Source of the DNA: Acidobacteriota bacterium
GTDB taxonomy: Bacteria; Acidobacteriota; UBA4820; DSQY01
DNA length: 64,000 nucleotides
Reading direction: 5' to 3'
Assembly (NCBI GenBank): GCA_021813555.1
Contig: JAKAKG010000203.1
Location: forward strand, 3,507-67,506
The position numbers and the translations under genes were made by a program. Numbering within the stretch: the stretch's first letter is position 1; each line of letters opens with the position of its first letter. A model generated the notes under the pieces. That model was not told the origin of the DNA. It did not search any database and was given only the letters and a program-made list of their open reading frames with translations. Positions 10,170-20,100 of this stretch are shown piece after piece.

Positions 10170-11182
10170 ACCGGCGCTACGCCCGGCAGGCGATCCTCCC
10201 GTGGCTCGGCGAGGCGGGTCAGGCTCGCTTGGGGGCCGCCACGGCGGCGGTCGTGGGCCTCGGAGCCCTGGGGTGCACGTCGTCCTCCCTCCTGGCTAGA
10301 GCCGGCGTGGGGCGCCTCCTGCTCGTGGACCGGGATTTCGTGGAGACCTCCAACTTGGCGCGGCAAGTGCTCTTTACGGAGGCCGATGCCGCGCAGCGGC
10401 TGCCCAAGGCTGTGGCCGCGGAGGCCCACCTGCGGGAGGCCCGGTCGGACCTCGCCACGGAGATTTTCGTGGCCGATCTGGACGCCGAGCTGGCCAGACA
10501 CTTGTTTGCCCGGTGCGATCTCGTCCTTGATGGCACGGACAATTTCGAGACCCGCTACCTCATCAACGACGCTTCGGTCTCCACCGGGAAGCCCTGGGGC
10601 TACGCGGGAGCCGTGAGCACCTACGGTTCGGTCATGCTCTTCCGCCCTGGAGAGACGGCCTGCCTGCGCTGCCTTTTTCCCCAGGCACCCGCCCCCGGCT
10701 CGGCTCCCACGTGCGACACGGCTGGCGTCCTTGGACCCGCCGCGGCGGCCGTGGCGGCCATCCAGGCGGGGGAGGCCATCAAGCTCCTGGCGGGACGGGC
10801 CGACCTGTGCGCCTCGGGCCTGCTCACCCTCGATTTGATGACGTGGACCTTCGGCCGTGCGCCCGCCTTGCGGGATCCCGACTGCCCATGCTGCGCGGAG
10901 CGGCGTTTCGACTTTCTGGATGAGCATTCGGGGAGCCGAACCTACCGCCTGTGCGGCCGCGATGGCATCATGGTCCTCGCGCCCAAGGGAACGCGCCTGG
11001 ACCTGAAAACCATCGAGAAGCGGCTCTCCTCCATGGGGCCCGTGTTCTCAAATCCCTACCTTCTTCAGACCGAGTGGGAGGGGCACCCCGTCACCCTCTA
11101 CGAGGACGGAAGAGCCCTCATCCAGAACACGGGAGATCCGGCGCGCGCCAGGATCCTCTATTCGAAATACTTGGGAATGTGA
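10166..11182 (+). CDS. ThiF/MoeB/HesA-family E1-like adenylyltransferase with Zn-binding CxxC pairs and a ~90-aa C-terminal extension
   Basis: ATG at 10166 overlaps the rodA stop (ATGA). It has a Rossmann GxGxxG (VVGLGALG), paired CLRC...CPCC motifs, and a C-terminal extension (RTYRLCGRDGIMVLAPKG...VTLYEDGRALI) without a rhodanese CRSG motif. Confidence 0.75.
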   Translation: MNRRYARQAILPWLGEAGQARLGAATAAVVGLGALGCTSSSLLARAGVGRLLLVDRDFVETSNLARQVLFTEADAAQRLPKAVAAEAHLREARSDLATEIFVADLDAELARHLFARCDLVLDGTDNFETRYLINDASVSTGKPWGYAGAVSTYGSVMLFRPGETACLRCLFPQAPAPGSAPTCDTAGVLGPAAAAVAAIQAGEAIKLLAGRADLCASGLLTLDLMTWTFGRAPALRDPDCPCCAERRFDFLDEHSGSRTYRLCGRDGIMVLAPKGTRLDLKTIEKRLSSMGPVFSNPYLLQTEWEGHPVTLYEDGRALIQNTGDPARARILYSKYLGM

Positions 11183-11308
11183 GATTAACAGGCGGAATTC
11201 TGAAAGCGGAAAAAGGAAGGCGATTTACCACCAAGACACCAAGGCACCAAAAGGGGCCGGGATCGCGACGCGCGGACTGAAGAGGAACACCGAGGCGGAG
11301 GGCGGACG

Positions 11309-12352
11309 TTGAAAAGAGAGCAGAACGGCCCTAGGCTTTGGACCTGCCCTCTGTGGCCGCTGGGCATGGGGTCCCTGGGCCTAGCAAGGCTCAAGGCCTG
11401 GCGCTACGGCCGCCGGTCTGCCCCCGTGCGTCTGGGCCGCCCCACCGTCTCCATCGGCAACCTGACCTTCGGCGGAACGGGGAAAACCCCCTTCGCCCTG
11501 GCCATGGCCCGCGTGCTCCTGGAGATGGGCGAACGTCCCGGGATCCTCCTTCGCGGCTACGGACGGCGAACCCGCGGCGCACGCCGCGTGGACCAGGCCT
11601 CCGCGCCCGAAGAGGTGGGCGAGGAAGCCCTGCTCCTGGCTCGCGCCCTTCCGGGGACTCCGGTGGCCGTGGGCGAGCGCCGCGAGGAAGCGGCCGCTCT
11701 CGTGCGGGAGCTCTGCTCCGTGTTCATCCTGGACGACGCCTTCCAGCATCTGCGCGTCCACCGCGACGTAGATCTTCTGCTCGTCGACGCTTCCCGTCCC
11801 GGCGATCTCCACGCCCCCCCCGTGGGCCGTCTGCGCGAACCCCTTTCGGCGGCGAAGCGGGCCTCCGTCCTGGTGGCCACGCGCGGCGAGGTGCACCATC
11901 TGGCCCCCTCGCTCCTAGGATGGACTGAAGGCGTGCCCCGCGTGAGCGCCCGCTTCGAGTGGGAGCCCGCGCCCCTGGGCTCTGCCCTTTTCCCCTCCTG
12001 GAAGGCCCTGGGCGGAGTGCCGGTCGTGGCCTTCGCGGGCGTAGGCCATCCAGAATCTTTCTTTGGGCAGGCCCGGGCCGCCGGCCTATCCCTGTCCGCG
12101 CGCGTTGCTTTCAGAGATCACGCCCGGCCCACGGCCGGCCGCCTGCAACACATCCTCTCCAAGGCTCGGGAGACGGGTGCGGGGGCGGTCCTCACGACGG
12201 AGAAGGACGCCGTAAAGTGGGCTCCGCTGTGGCCCGAAGGCCTCCCTCTCGTCTATCCGCGGCTCACCACCCTCCTTGAGGGGGACGTGGAGGAGCTCCG
12301 CGCCCGTCTGGCCGAGGCATGCGGCCACGGGGCAAGCTCCGCGCTGCCATGA
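11309..12352 (+). CDS. lpxK: Tetraacyldisaccharide 4'-kinase (lipid A biosynthesis)
   Basis: P-loop GNLTFGGTGKTP, plus DDAFQH and TEKDAVK motifs. The start is a TTG at 11309; the alternative ATG is at 11366. Confidence 0.85.
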   Translation: MKREQNGPRLWTCPLWPLGMGSLGLARLKAWRYGRRSAPVRLGRPTVSIGNLTFGGTGKTPFALAMARVLLEMGERPGILLRGYGRRTRGARRVDQASAPEEVGEEALLLARALPGTPVAVGERREEAAALVRELCSVFILDDAFQHLRVHRDVDLLLVDASRPGDLHAPPVGRLREPLSAAKRASVLVATRGEVHHLAPSLLGWTEGVPRVSARFEWEPAPLGSALFPSWKALGGVPVVAFAGVGHPESFFGQARAAGLSLSARVAFRDHARPTAGRLQHILSKARETGAGAVLTTEKDAVKWAPLWPEGLPLVYPRLTTLLEGDVEELRARLAEACGHGASSALP

Positions 12353-14781
12353 GCCCCTCGCCCCCGCGCTCCAAGGACCCGCGACGTGTCGTCCAGGTGG
12401 CCCTTCCCCTTCCGCCCCGCGGTACCTTTTCCTACCTCGTCCCCGATGGCGTTGAGACGCCTCTGCCCGGCTGCCGCGTCCGGGTTTCCTTCGCAAGGGC
12501 GGAACATATCGGCTATGTGGTCGAGGACCTAGCCGCCGTTCCTCCCGAATCCCTCAAACCCGTGAAAGACATCCTCGATCAGGCCCCCCTCTTCCCGGCC
12601 GATCTTCTCGAATTCACCCGTTGGATTGCGGACTATTACCTCGTGTCGTGGGGTTCGGTCCTCAAGTGCGCCTACCCCTCGGGGCTGGATCCGGCCCCCC
12701 GGTCCAAGTACAGGCTGGCCGAGCCTCCGCCGGATGCCGATCCGGGCGACATCGCTCCCCTCCTCCACTGCCTCGCTCAAGGGCCGCGGGCTCTGGCCGC
12801 CCTGCGAGCCTCCCTGGGGCCGGGCGCCGATGCCCTCACGGGCAGGGCCGTGCTGGAAGGCTGGGTGGATGAGGAGACTTCCTGGAAGACTCGCAGGCGC
12901 TACGCGGGGGGCGACCGGATCGCGCTCCTCCTCACCCGGGAGGAGGCGCGCACGAGGATCGAGGACGGAGACACTCCGTCCCAGTTCGCCAAGACCCTCG
13001 GAGCCCTCTTGGCCTTCGAGGAACGGGGATTCCCTACGGTGGCGGATACAGCAGCCGCCGCCAAGGTGCCCCAATACGTTCTTCAGGAGATGGCCGAACT
13101 GGGATGGATCGAACTGTTCGGCCTCCTCCCCGCCAAGCTCCCGGGGCGTCCTTCCCCGCACGTCCTGACTCCCGCGCAGCAGCAGGCCATCGGCGCCGTC
13201 GGTAAGGCGCTGGAGGAGGGACGGCACGAGACGTTCCTCTTGTTCGGCATCACGGGCTCGGGGAAGACCGAGGTCTACATGAGGCTCATGGAGCAGGCGG
13301 CCCACGACGGCGGGTCTGCCCTCTATCTCGTCCCCGAGATCTCCCTCGCCTCCTTCCTCGCGCGCCGCCTCCTGGAGCGATTCGGAAGCGACGTGGCCAT
13401 CCTCCATTCCTCCATGACCGAGCACGAACGCGTGCGCCAGTGGCGGCGCGTGGCCGAGGGCGGGGCGCGCATGGTCATCGGGCCCCGCTCGGCCCTCTTC
13501 GCACCCCTCCCGAGCCTCCGCCTGATCATCGTGGACGAGGAGCACGACGGAAGCTACAAGCAGCAGGAGTTTCCCCGCTACCACGCCCGGGACGCGGCCG
13601 TGCTGCGGGGGGCCAAGGCCGGGATCCCCGTGGTTCTGGGGTCGGCCACGCCCTCCGTGGAATCGTTCTACAACGCCGTGGAGACCCGAAAGTACACGCT
13701 GCTCAGCCTGCCGGAACGGACGGGGAAGGCCGTCCTGCCACCCGTGAAGGTGGTAGACATGCGGGAGGAGTTCCGCGCCTCGGGCCAGCGTCTCACCCTC
13801 TCCAGGAGCTTGGAGACGGCGCTGGAAAGCGCGCTCACCGCCGGACGCCAAGCCATCATTCTGAGGAACCGGCTGGGGTTCTCTACCTTCGTCCTGTGCC
13901 GTGAGTGCGGGAAGACCATCCAGTGCGGCCAGTGCTCCGTGGCGCTCACGTTTCACCGACGGGCCTCCCAGCTACGGTGCCACTACTGCGGGCGCATGGA
14001 GCCGGTGCCGGAAACCTGTCCCGGATGCGGCGGCGAGGTGCTGCAATTTCTGGGCGAGGGCACGGAAAAAGTTGAAGATATCCTGGCCAGCCGGTTTCCC
14101 CAGGCGCGGGTGAGGCGCATGGACCGGGACGCCGTGAGGACAGCCCCGGCCTATGACGCCCTCTGGAGGGACTTCGAGGGGGGGGGGGTGCAGATTCTGG
14201 TGGGGACCCAGATGGTCGCCAAGGGACACGACGTGCACAACGTGACCCTCGTGGGCATCCTGGGAGCCGATTTTCTCTTGGGCATGCCCGACTTCAGGGC
14301 CGCCGAGCGCACCTTCCAGCTCATTACCCAGGCCGCGGGCCGCGCAGGCAGGGGCGAAGCCGCGGGGACCGTTGTCCTCCAGTCGTACCATGTGGACCAC
14401 TACGCGGTTCAGGCCGCCAGCGGCCACGATTACGTCACCTTTTACGAGAAGGACATCCGGTACCGGAAACTCGTGGGGTATCCACCCGCCGGGGCTCTGG
14501 CGCGCGTCGAGATCCGCCACGCGGACCCCGCCAAAGCCGAGTCGCTGGCGAACCAAGCAGCCCGGGCCTTGCGCGCCCCCGGCGCGCGGGGGGTTCGCAT
14601 CCTTGGCCCCTCGGAGCCCCCCCTCGCCCGGCTGGAGGGCCTTTACCGGCGCCACATCCTCCTGAAGGCGCCTGCCCGGCATCAGCTCCGGGCTCTCCTC
14701 GCCTCCCTTCTGGACGGTCCTCTGGGCCGCCACACGGGAAAAGCTCTGCTCGTGGAGGTGGACCCTTACGTCCTCATGTGA
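12349..14781 (+). CDS. priA: Primosomal protein N' (replication restart helicase PriA)
   Basis: ATG at 12349 overlaps the lpxK stop (ATGA). It has a Walker A (GITGSGKTEVY), DEEHD, CxxC zinc-finger pairs and a helicase C domain. Confidence 0.9.
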   Translation: MSPSPPRSKDPRRVVQVALPLPPRGTFSYLVPDGVETPLPGCRVRVSFARAEHIGYVVEDLAAVPPESLKPVKDILDQAPLFPADLLEFTRWIADYYLVSWGSVLKCAYPSGLDPAPRSKYRLAEPPPDADPGDIAPLLHCLAQGPRALAALRASLGPGADALTGRAVLEGWVDEETSWKTRRRYAGGDRIALLLTREEARTRIEDGDTPSQFAKTLGALLAFEERGFPTVADTAAAAKVPQYVLQEMAELGWIELFGLLPAKLPGRPSPHVLTPAQQQAIGAVGKALEEGRHETFLLFGITGSGKTEVYMRLMEQAAHDGGSALYLVPEISLASFLARRLLERFGSDVAILHSSMTEHERVRQWRRVAEGGARMVIGPRSALFAPLPSLRLIIVDEEHDGSYKQQEFPRYHARDAAVLRGAKAGIPVVLGSATPSVESFYNAVETRKYTLLSLPERTGKAVLPPVKVVDMREEFRASGQRLTLSRSLETALESALTAGRQAIILRNRLGFSTFVLCRECGKTIQCGQCSVALTFHRRASQLRCHYCGRMEPVPETCPGCGGEVLQFLGEGTEKVEDILASRFPQARVRRMDRDAVRTAPAYDALWRDFEGGGVQILVGTQMVAKGHDVHNVTLVGILGADFLLGMPDFRAAERTFQLITQAAGRAGRGEAAGTVVLQSYHVDHYAVQAASGHDYVTFYEKDIRYRKLVGYPPAGALARVEIRHADPAKAESLANQAARALRAPGARGVRILGPSEPPLARLEGLYRRHILLKAPARHQLRALLASLLDGPLGRHTGKALLVEVDPYVLM

Positions 14782-14853
14782 GGAGCCGGCGTCCTCTCGG
14801 GTTGCTTCGATCCATCAGTTCCGATATGGTAAAGCGAAGGAGGATCAACCCCT

Positions 14854-16005
14854 TTGGCCGATCCCGTCTCCCTCCGGCCCGCACGGCGTGGCGGGGCTCT
14901 TTTTGGGACGCGGCTCCTTGCGCCGCGAACAGCGGGAGCCCTCCTGCTCGCGTGCGTCCTTCCTTGGCTTTCCACCCGCCTCCCGGCCCAAAACGTCGCT
15001 CCGGCGAGATCCGCGGAGCTTTATGACACCGCCGCTCTCGATCGGGCCCAGCGCGCCCTGAAGGCGGGAGACCTGGCGGGGGCCGTGCAGGACTATTGCC
15101 GCATGTTCGCAGGGAGGGGCGAGGGCCTGTGGACCATGAGTGTCATCCTCCTGTGCGATCAGGGAAAGGTCGCGGAGTATGCCGCCATGATCCGAAATCC
15201 CTCACCCGTTTTCGTTCAAGCTAAGCAGTTCCAGGGCCAGTGGTGCTACCGCGTCTGCGCGGGGGTCACACGGAACCGCGGCGAGGCCATCCGGTGGAGA
15301 GCGCTGCTCCCCGACAAGCTTCAGGCCGAGGGGCCCTTCCCGGTCCAGATCACCAGGCCCTGTGAAGAAAGCCCGGGGAGCGCCTCATCCGTGGCAGCAA
15401 GTCCTGCGTCCCCCGGAAGCTCGCCGCAGTTGAGCTCGGATGCACCCGCGCAGAAAGCCTCCCTGGTTCTTCCTGAACTGCCGGCGCCCACGGCGCCCCC
15501 CGGAGCACCCCAGTCCCCCGCCAAACGGGCGGAGGGTGAAACGTGGTTTCAAAAGGGGTTGACGGCTCAAGCCAAGGGGCGGCGGAGCGAGGCCGAAGGG
15601 GACTACCGGAGGGCGCTCGAGGCGGACCCGGGGCGTCCGGAGGTGCTCAATAATTTGGGAGTCCTGTACCTCCAGCAGAACCGCTACGCGGAGGCCCAGG
15701 CGCTCTTTCAGGAGGCCTTGGACCGCGCGCCCGCCTACTCAAGGGCCCATCTGAACCTGGCGGGGGCCCTCTGGGGGCTTGATGACCGGGACCACGCCAT
15801 CCTCGAAGCGAGAAACGCGGTGACCCTGGACCCAACCGACGTGAGTGCCCATCTAACCCTGGCCTCCTTTTTGTTGGCCACGGGCGAGAAGGCCGCCGCC
15901 GCCGAGGAAGCCCGGCGGGTCCTGCTGCTGGATCCAGGAAACTCACAGGCCAAGGTGTTCCTCGCCTCGGCCGTCCCGGCGGCCAAACCGGGGGCCTCCC
16001 CTTAA
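14854..16005 (+). CDS. Secreted/membrane protein with SPOR-like N-terminal region and C-terminal TPR repeats
   Basis: 383 aa with a hydrophobic N-terminus, a low-complexity Pro/Ser/Ala linker, and TPR-like repeats (NNLGVLYLQQNRYAEAQALFQEAL...). Confidence 0.55.
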   Translation: MADPVSLRPARRGGALFGTRLLAPRTAGALLLACVLPWLSTRLPAQNVAPARSAELYDTAALDRAQRALKAGDLAGAVQDYCRMFAGRGEGLWTMSVILLCDQGKVAEYAAMIRNPSPVFVQAKQFQGQWCYRVCAGVTRNRGEAIRWRALLPDKLQAEGPFPVQITRPCEESPGSASSVAASPASPGSSPQLSSDAPAQKASLVLPELPAPTAPPGAPQSPAKRAEGETWFQKGLTAQAKGRRSEAEGDYRRALEADPGRPEVLNNLGVLYLQQNRYAEAQALFQEALDRAPAYSRAHLNLAGALWGLDDRDHAILEARNAVTLDPTDVSAHLTLASFLLATGEKAAAAEEARRVLLLDPGNSQAKVFLASAVPAAKPGASP

Positions 16006-16367
16006 CAGGCTGTTAGGGAACACCTGACCGTCCCAAACCTGGCCTTCGCCTGCCCCGCCTCCCCCCCCGGCATGGGTCGTCTCATGAGGCGCCGGCGACA
16101 ACGGGTGGAGGCCTTTTAGGGAGCGCCACCGCGAGGCGTCATGGAGCGGGCCGAACCGGCGGAAAGCGGAAGAGGCGCCCGGCTCTGACCAGGCGCCTCG
16201 TGGGTTCGGAACTGCGGGGCGAGGCTAGTGTCCTGTAACAGCGGTTCGCTGAGTAAATCCGGACGGTCTGGCAGGACACGAAGGGGTGCGGGGAAGGCAC
16301 TTCCCCGCTTTTTCGGGGTAACAGCCTGCCGCAGGCAGGCGCCCTAGGGGCGGAGCCCCTTGGGAAG

Positions 16368-16421
16368 TGTGGCGTCTCCAGCCTGCCCAACTTATTCAAG
16401 TTTGTTCTGAGACGCCACACT
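16368..16421. other. Perfect 12-bp inverted repeat (GTGTGGCGTCTC / GAGACGCCACAC) with ~28-nt loop immediately 3' of the minus-strand lipoprotein gene
   Basis: Read directly from the sequence. There is no U-run on either strand, so it is not a canonical intrinsic terminator. Confidence 0.5.
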
Positions 16422-16938
16422 AGTTGAGGGGGACCTGTTCCAGGTGAACGTCGTCCACCCAGCAGGTACCAGTGCCGCTCACGAGGAGATTGAGGCTGAC
16501 CTTGTCAGGTTTCTGGCCCTTCTGGACGATGGCGAAGACCTCCATGGGAGTCCACGCTCCCGGCCCCTTGGTGGTCTGGTAGGTGTTCACCTCACCGCCG
16601 TTCTTGAAGTGGATGATCATCTGGAGGGAAGCATCTCCCAGAAGGTCTTTCACGTTGACTTTGGCCTTGTACACGTATTTGGCGTTCTCCGCGCCCGGTG
16701 CGGACACCTCGAAAAGCCTGACCGTGCTTGGCTGATCCACGGTCACCTTGAGGGAGCCGGCCCCATCCGCGGAGAAGCCCTTGTCCAAGCTGACCACGTC
16801 CGTTGAGATAACTTTGTCCATGCTGTCGCAGGGGAAATACTCAATGTCGCTGGGCTTTCCCGGGCCCTTCTTGTTGCAGCCCGCGGCGGCCACCAGCAGT
16901 GCCAGCACCGCTGCGGCCATGAAACGGTTGGTCTTCAT
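16420..16938 (-). CDS. Lipoprotein (hypothetical)
   Basis: 172 aa with a signal peptide and lipobox (LLVAAAGC). GC content is somewhat lower than in the neighbours. Confidence 0.6.
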   Translation of the reverse strand: MKTNRFMAAAVLALLVAAAGCNKKGPGKPSDIEYFPCDSMDKVISTDVVSLDKGFSADGAGSLKVTVDQPSTVRLFEVSAPGAENAKYVYKAKVNVKDLLGDASLQMIIHFKNGGEVNTYQTTKGPGAWTPMEVFAIVQKGQKPDKVSLNLLVSGTGTCWVDDVHLEQVPLN

Positions 16939-16986
16939 TCCAGCCTCCTCGCGTTCGGTTTGGACCCGGTCCCCCCCGGGCCTGGG

Positions 16987-17289
16987 CTAATCCAGGTCGA
17001 TGTCCCGCTTGACGGGGCCCACGGGCCCTTCCTTGGCCTTTTGGAACAGGTCCTGGAACTTCTTTTCGAGGACATCCTTCTTGCTCTTTTCGGCGCGGAC
17101 CGACTCTTGAAACTTCTCCTCGGCCACGCGCTTCTCCTCATCGAGGGTCTTGAGGCGGGCGTCGAAGGTGGCCTTCTCGCCCGTCGAAGGCGGGGCCTCG
17201 TGGCTCACCACCACGCGGGCTTCCGCGTCGAGGGTCAGACGGGCCCCGCAACAGGGGCAAGTCACGGTGTACGTTGTCTCGTCGCTCAT
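16987..17289 (-). CDS. Small Cys-containing (CPCCG) coiled-coil protein, hypothetical
   Basis: The track ORF 16987..17718 is trimmed to the ATG at 17289, which is preceded by GGAG. The product is [21 protein letters not shown]... plus a Lys/Glu-rich tail. Confidence 0.5.
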   Translation of the reverse strand: MSDETTYTVTCPCCGARLTLDAEARVVVSHEAPPSTGEKATFDARLKTLDEEKRVAEEKFQESVRAEKSKKDVLEKKFQDLFQKAKEGPVGPVKRDIDLD

Positions 17290-17380
17290 GTCACACTCCG
17301 GTGTCAGCATACCAAAGAAGGCGCCGGGGCGCCAAGGGGTCCCTCGCCTTGTGGTAAGGTTTAGGGTTGGGAGGTGCCCG

Positions 17381-17848
17381 GTGATCGTGGTCGTGCAGCG
17401 GGTGAGCCGGGCGTGCGTCCGCGTGGACGGGCGGCCGGTGGGATCCATCGGCAAGGGCCTGCTCGCCCTGGCGGCGGTGGAGGAAGGGGACACGGAAGCC
17501 CAGGCGGACTGGTGCGCCAGGAAAGTCGCCGAGGCAAGAATCTTCGCCGATGCCGCGGACAAGATGAATCTTTCCGTACGTGACATTGAAGGGTCGGTCC
17601 TCGCCGTGAGCCAGTTCACCCTGGCGGGGGACCTCCGAAAGGGAACCAGGCCGTCCTTCTCCCATGCGGCCCGGCCCGAGATTGCCCAGCCCCTCTTCGA
17701 ACATTTCGCCGAGGCCATCGGCCGGTTGGGCGTCCATGTGGAGAAGGGGATCTTTCAGGCCATGATGGAGGTGGAGTTGGTAAATGACGGCCCGGTAACG
17801 ATCATTTTGCGGCGAAGCCCCGGCCAAACCGGGGAGGAAGTTGCCTGA
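17381..17848 (+). CDS. dtd: D-aminoacyl-tRNA deacylase
   Basis: GTG start preceded by GGGAGG. The product is [17 protein letters not shown]...KMNLSV...SQFTL...VNDGPVT, the typical Dtd pattern. Confidence 0.85.
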   Translation: MIVVVQRVSRACVRVDGRPVGSIGKGLLALAAVEEGDTEAQADWCARKVAEARIFADAADKMNLSVRDIEGSVLAVSQFTLAGDLRKGTRPSFSHAARPEIAQPLFEHFAEAIGRLGVHVEKGIFQAMMEVELVNDGPVTIILRRSPGQTGEEVA

Positions 17849-17938
17849 TGGCGACCGGACCTTTTAGGAGCTGGTTCATGGAACCGAGCGCTTTCAGCCG
17901 GGGATGGAGGAGCGATACCGGTCCCCACGGAGGTTTGA

Positions 17939-18754
17939 ATGGCCTTGCCCGAGCTTAACGCCGTCGTCGCCCAGCGCATCGAAGTGGCTCCCGGCCTCAT
18001 CATTCTCCGCGCGGCCCCAGAGGGATGGGCCCTGCCGGACTTCCACCCCGGCCAGTTCACGGTCATAGGCCTGCCCCCCAGCGCGCCCAGGTACGCCTTC
18101 TCGGACCCCGAGGACCCCCCGCTGGAGCCCGACAAGCTGATCAGGAGGGCCTACTCCATCGCCTCATCTTCGGTGGACAGGGAGTACATCGAGTTTTACG
18201 TGACGCTCGTCAACTCGGGGGCCCTTTCTCCGCGGATCTTCGCCCTCAAGGCGGGTGACCGCCTGTGGCTTTCGCCCAAGATGACCGGCATGTTCACCCT
18301 CAAGGAGGTCCCCGAGGACAAGAACGTCGCGCTGGTGGCCACCGGCACGGGCCTGGCTCCCTACATGAGCATGCTGCGCACCCTTTTGGAGCCGGGAGGG
18401 CCGAGACACTTTGCCGTGGTCCACGGCGCCAGGAGATCCTCGGACCTCGGGTACCGGTCGGAGCTGGTGACCCTACAGCGCATCTGCAAGAATTTCGCGT
18501 ACATCCCCGTCATCAGCAACCCCGAGGAAGATCCCGTTCCTTGGCTTCAGGCCACGGGTTGGGTTCAGGACATGTGGAACTCCGGGGCGGTGAACCGGGC
18601 CTGGGGGATGGAGGTGACTCCGGAGAACACGCACGTCTTCCTCTGCGGCAACCCCGCCATGGTGGAGACCATGGTCTCCATCTTAGAAGGCCAGGGGTTT
18701 TGCGAGCATACGCGCCATAAGCCCGGGCAGATCCATGTGGAGCGGTACTGGTAG
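17939..18754 (+). CDS. fpr: Ferredoxin--NADP+ reductase-type flavoprotein (FNR family)
   Basis: 271 aa with an FAD-binding RAYSIAS motif and an NAD(P)-binding GTGLAP motif. Confidence 0.8.
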   Translation: MALPELNAVVAQRIEVAPGLIILRAAPEGWALPDFHPGQFTVIGLPPSAPRYAFSDPEDPPLEPDKLIRRAYSIASSSVDREYIEFYVTLVNSGALSPRIFALKAGDRLWLSPKMTGMFTLKEVPEDKNVALVATGTGLAPYMSMLRTLLEPGGPRHFAVVHGARRSSDLGYRSELVTLQRICKNFAYIPVISNPEEDPVPWLQATGWVQDMWNSGAVNRAWGMEVTPENTHVFLCGNPAMVETMVSILEGQGFCEHTRHKPGQIHVERYW

Positions 18755-18761
18755 GCAAGAA

Positions 18762-18790
18762 GTGAGGAGTGAGGAGTGAGGAGTGAGGAG
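18762..18790. repeat. Tandem heptamer array (GTGAGGA)x4 between fpr stop and the GTG start of the recombinase gene
   Basis: Read directly from the sequence: gtgaggagtgaggagtgaggagtgaggag. The third unit supplies the GTG start of the downstream ORF. Confidence 0.9.
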
Positions 18791-19699
18791 AAGCGCCCGA
18801 ACGCCGAGGAAGGGAACGTCCCCTTTCCCAACGAATTGGCCCTGTTCCTGGATCACATGACCGTGGAACGGGGCCTCTCGCCCAGGTCGGTGGAAGCTTA
18901 CAGGAGCGACCTTCTCCGGTTTTTCGCCCACTGCAAGAAAGCACCGGCCGATGTGCGCCGGGAGGACGTGAGAGCGTTCATGGCGGGAGAACATTCCGCC
19001 AGGAGAGCTGCCTCCACGGCGGCCAGGCGCCTCGTGGCCATCCGTTCCTTTTATCGGTTTCTCATTCTGGAACGCAAGGTGCCGGCGGACCCCACGGAAA
19101 ACGTGGATCCCCCCAGGGCTCTCAAGCGGCTTCCCGGCTACCTCACGACGGAGGAGGTGGAGCGGCTCCTTGCCGTGCCCGATCCCTCCAGGCCTCTCGG
19201 GTTGCGCAACCGGGCCCTCCTGGAAGTCATGTACGCCACGGGAATCCGGGTCTCCGAGCTCACGGGCCTCACCCTCGATCGGACCAACGCCGAGGCGGGC
19301 TTCGTCCTGGTCATGGGCAAGGGAAGCAAGGAGCGCGTGGTGCCCTTGGGCGAGGTGGCCCAGGACTGGGTGGCGCGCTACCGGGCCGAAGCCAGGCCGC
19401 TGCTTCTCAAGGGCCGCTCCGCTCCGGCGCTCTTCGTGACGGCTCGCGGAGGGGGCATGACCCGGCAGATGGTGTGGATCATGATCACCTCAAGCGCCCG
19501 CGCCGCCGGCATCACCAAGCACCTGAGCCCGCACACCCTGAGGCACTCCTTCGCCACCCACCTGCTGGAGCACGGGGCAGACTTGCGCGCGGTCCAGATC
19601 CTCCTGGGCCACGCTGACATTTCAACGACCCAGATCTACACCCACCTGGAGCAGGAACGCCTCAAACGGATCTACAGGCAGTTCCATCCGCGGGCCTAG
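18776..19699 (+). CDS. Tyrosine site-specific recombinase, XerC/XerD family
   Basis: C-terminal catalytic motifs ([36 protein letters not shown]) are present. The GTG start lies inside the heptamer repeat. Confidence 0.85.
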   Translation: MRSEEKRPNAEEGNVPFPNELALFLDHMTVERGLSPRSVEAYRSDLLRFFAHCKKAPADVRREDVRAFMAGEHSARRAASTAARRLVAIRSFYRFLILERKVPADPTENVDPPRALKRLPGYLTTEEVERLLAVPDPSRPLGLRNRALLEVMYATGIRVSELTGLTLDRTNAEAGFVLVMGKGSKERVVPLGEVAQDWVARYRAEARPLLLKGRSAPALFVTARGGGMTRQMVWIMITSSARAAGITKHLSPHTLRHSFATHLLEHGADLRAVQILLGHADISTTQIYTHLEQERLKRIYRQFHPRA

Positions 19700-19720
19700 C
19701 ACCGGGCCTCAGGCAGGTTG

Positions 19721-20065
19721 CTAGTGCATCCCCTGAGCCATGTTCTGCAGGAAGCTCATGCCGCCCCAGAACATGATCCAGATAATCTGGAGGCATCCCA
19801 CGATGAGGGAGAGAATACCCAAGATGATGCCCGCGACAGCGAAGCCTTTGCCTTTGGGAGAACTCTCCAGGCGCTTGATCTTGCCGTTCTCAATGAAACC
19901 CAGAACCAGCGCCGGGATGCCCGCGAAGATCCCGCAACAGCAGAACCCCAGAATCCCCAGCACCAAGGCGGCGATGGCCATGCCGCTGGCCTTGTCCGGG
20001 TAAGCAGGAACTGAAACCGCGTCATAGGTCATATTCTCGTCGCTCATCGCTCTCCCCTTCCCCAT
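19721..20065 (-). CDS. Small membrane protein, DUF4190-like
   Basis: 114 aa with two hydrophobic helices and a GIILGILSLIVG pattern. Confidence 0.5.
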   Translation of the reverse strand: MGKGRAMSDENMTYDAVSVPAYPDKASGMAIAALVLGILGFCCCGIFAGIPALVLGFIENGKIKRLESSPKGKGFAVAGIILGILSLIVGCLQIIWIMFWGGMSFLQNMAQGMH

Positions 20066-20100
20066 CCCTTATGAAATCCCTCTGGCACCATAAAAGGTGT

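Noticed and set aside
16006-16419. tRNA / tmRNA / SRP RNA in the large intergenic region
   Set aside because: There is no tRNA T-loop (GGTTCGAATCC-like) or tmRNA end. Only a short GUCCGGA resemblance to SRP domain IV was seen, which is insufficient.
18762-18790. Tandem heptamers as a CRISPR array
   Set aside because: The units are 7-8 nt with no spacers, there are only 3-11 copies, and there are no cas genes.
18776-19699. Tyrosine recombinase as a prophage or integrative-element integrase
   Set aside because: The sequence matches the chromosomal XerC/XerD pattern, and it is flanked by housekeeping genes with no other mobile-element genes, no att-like repeats and no tRNA.
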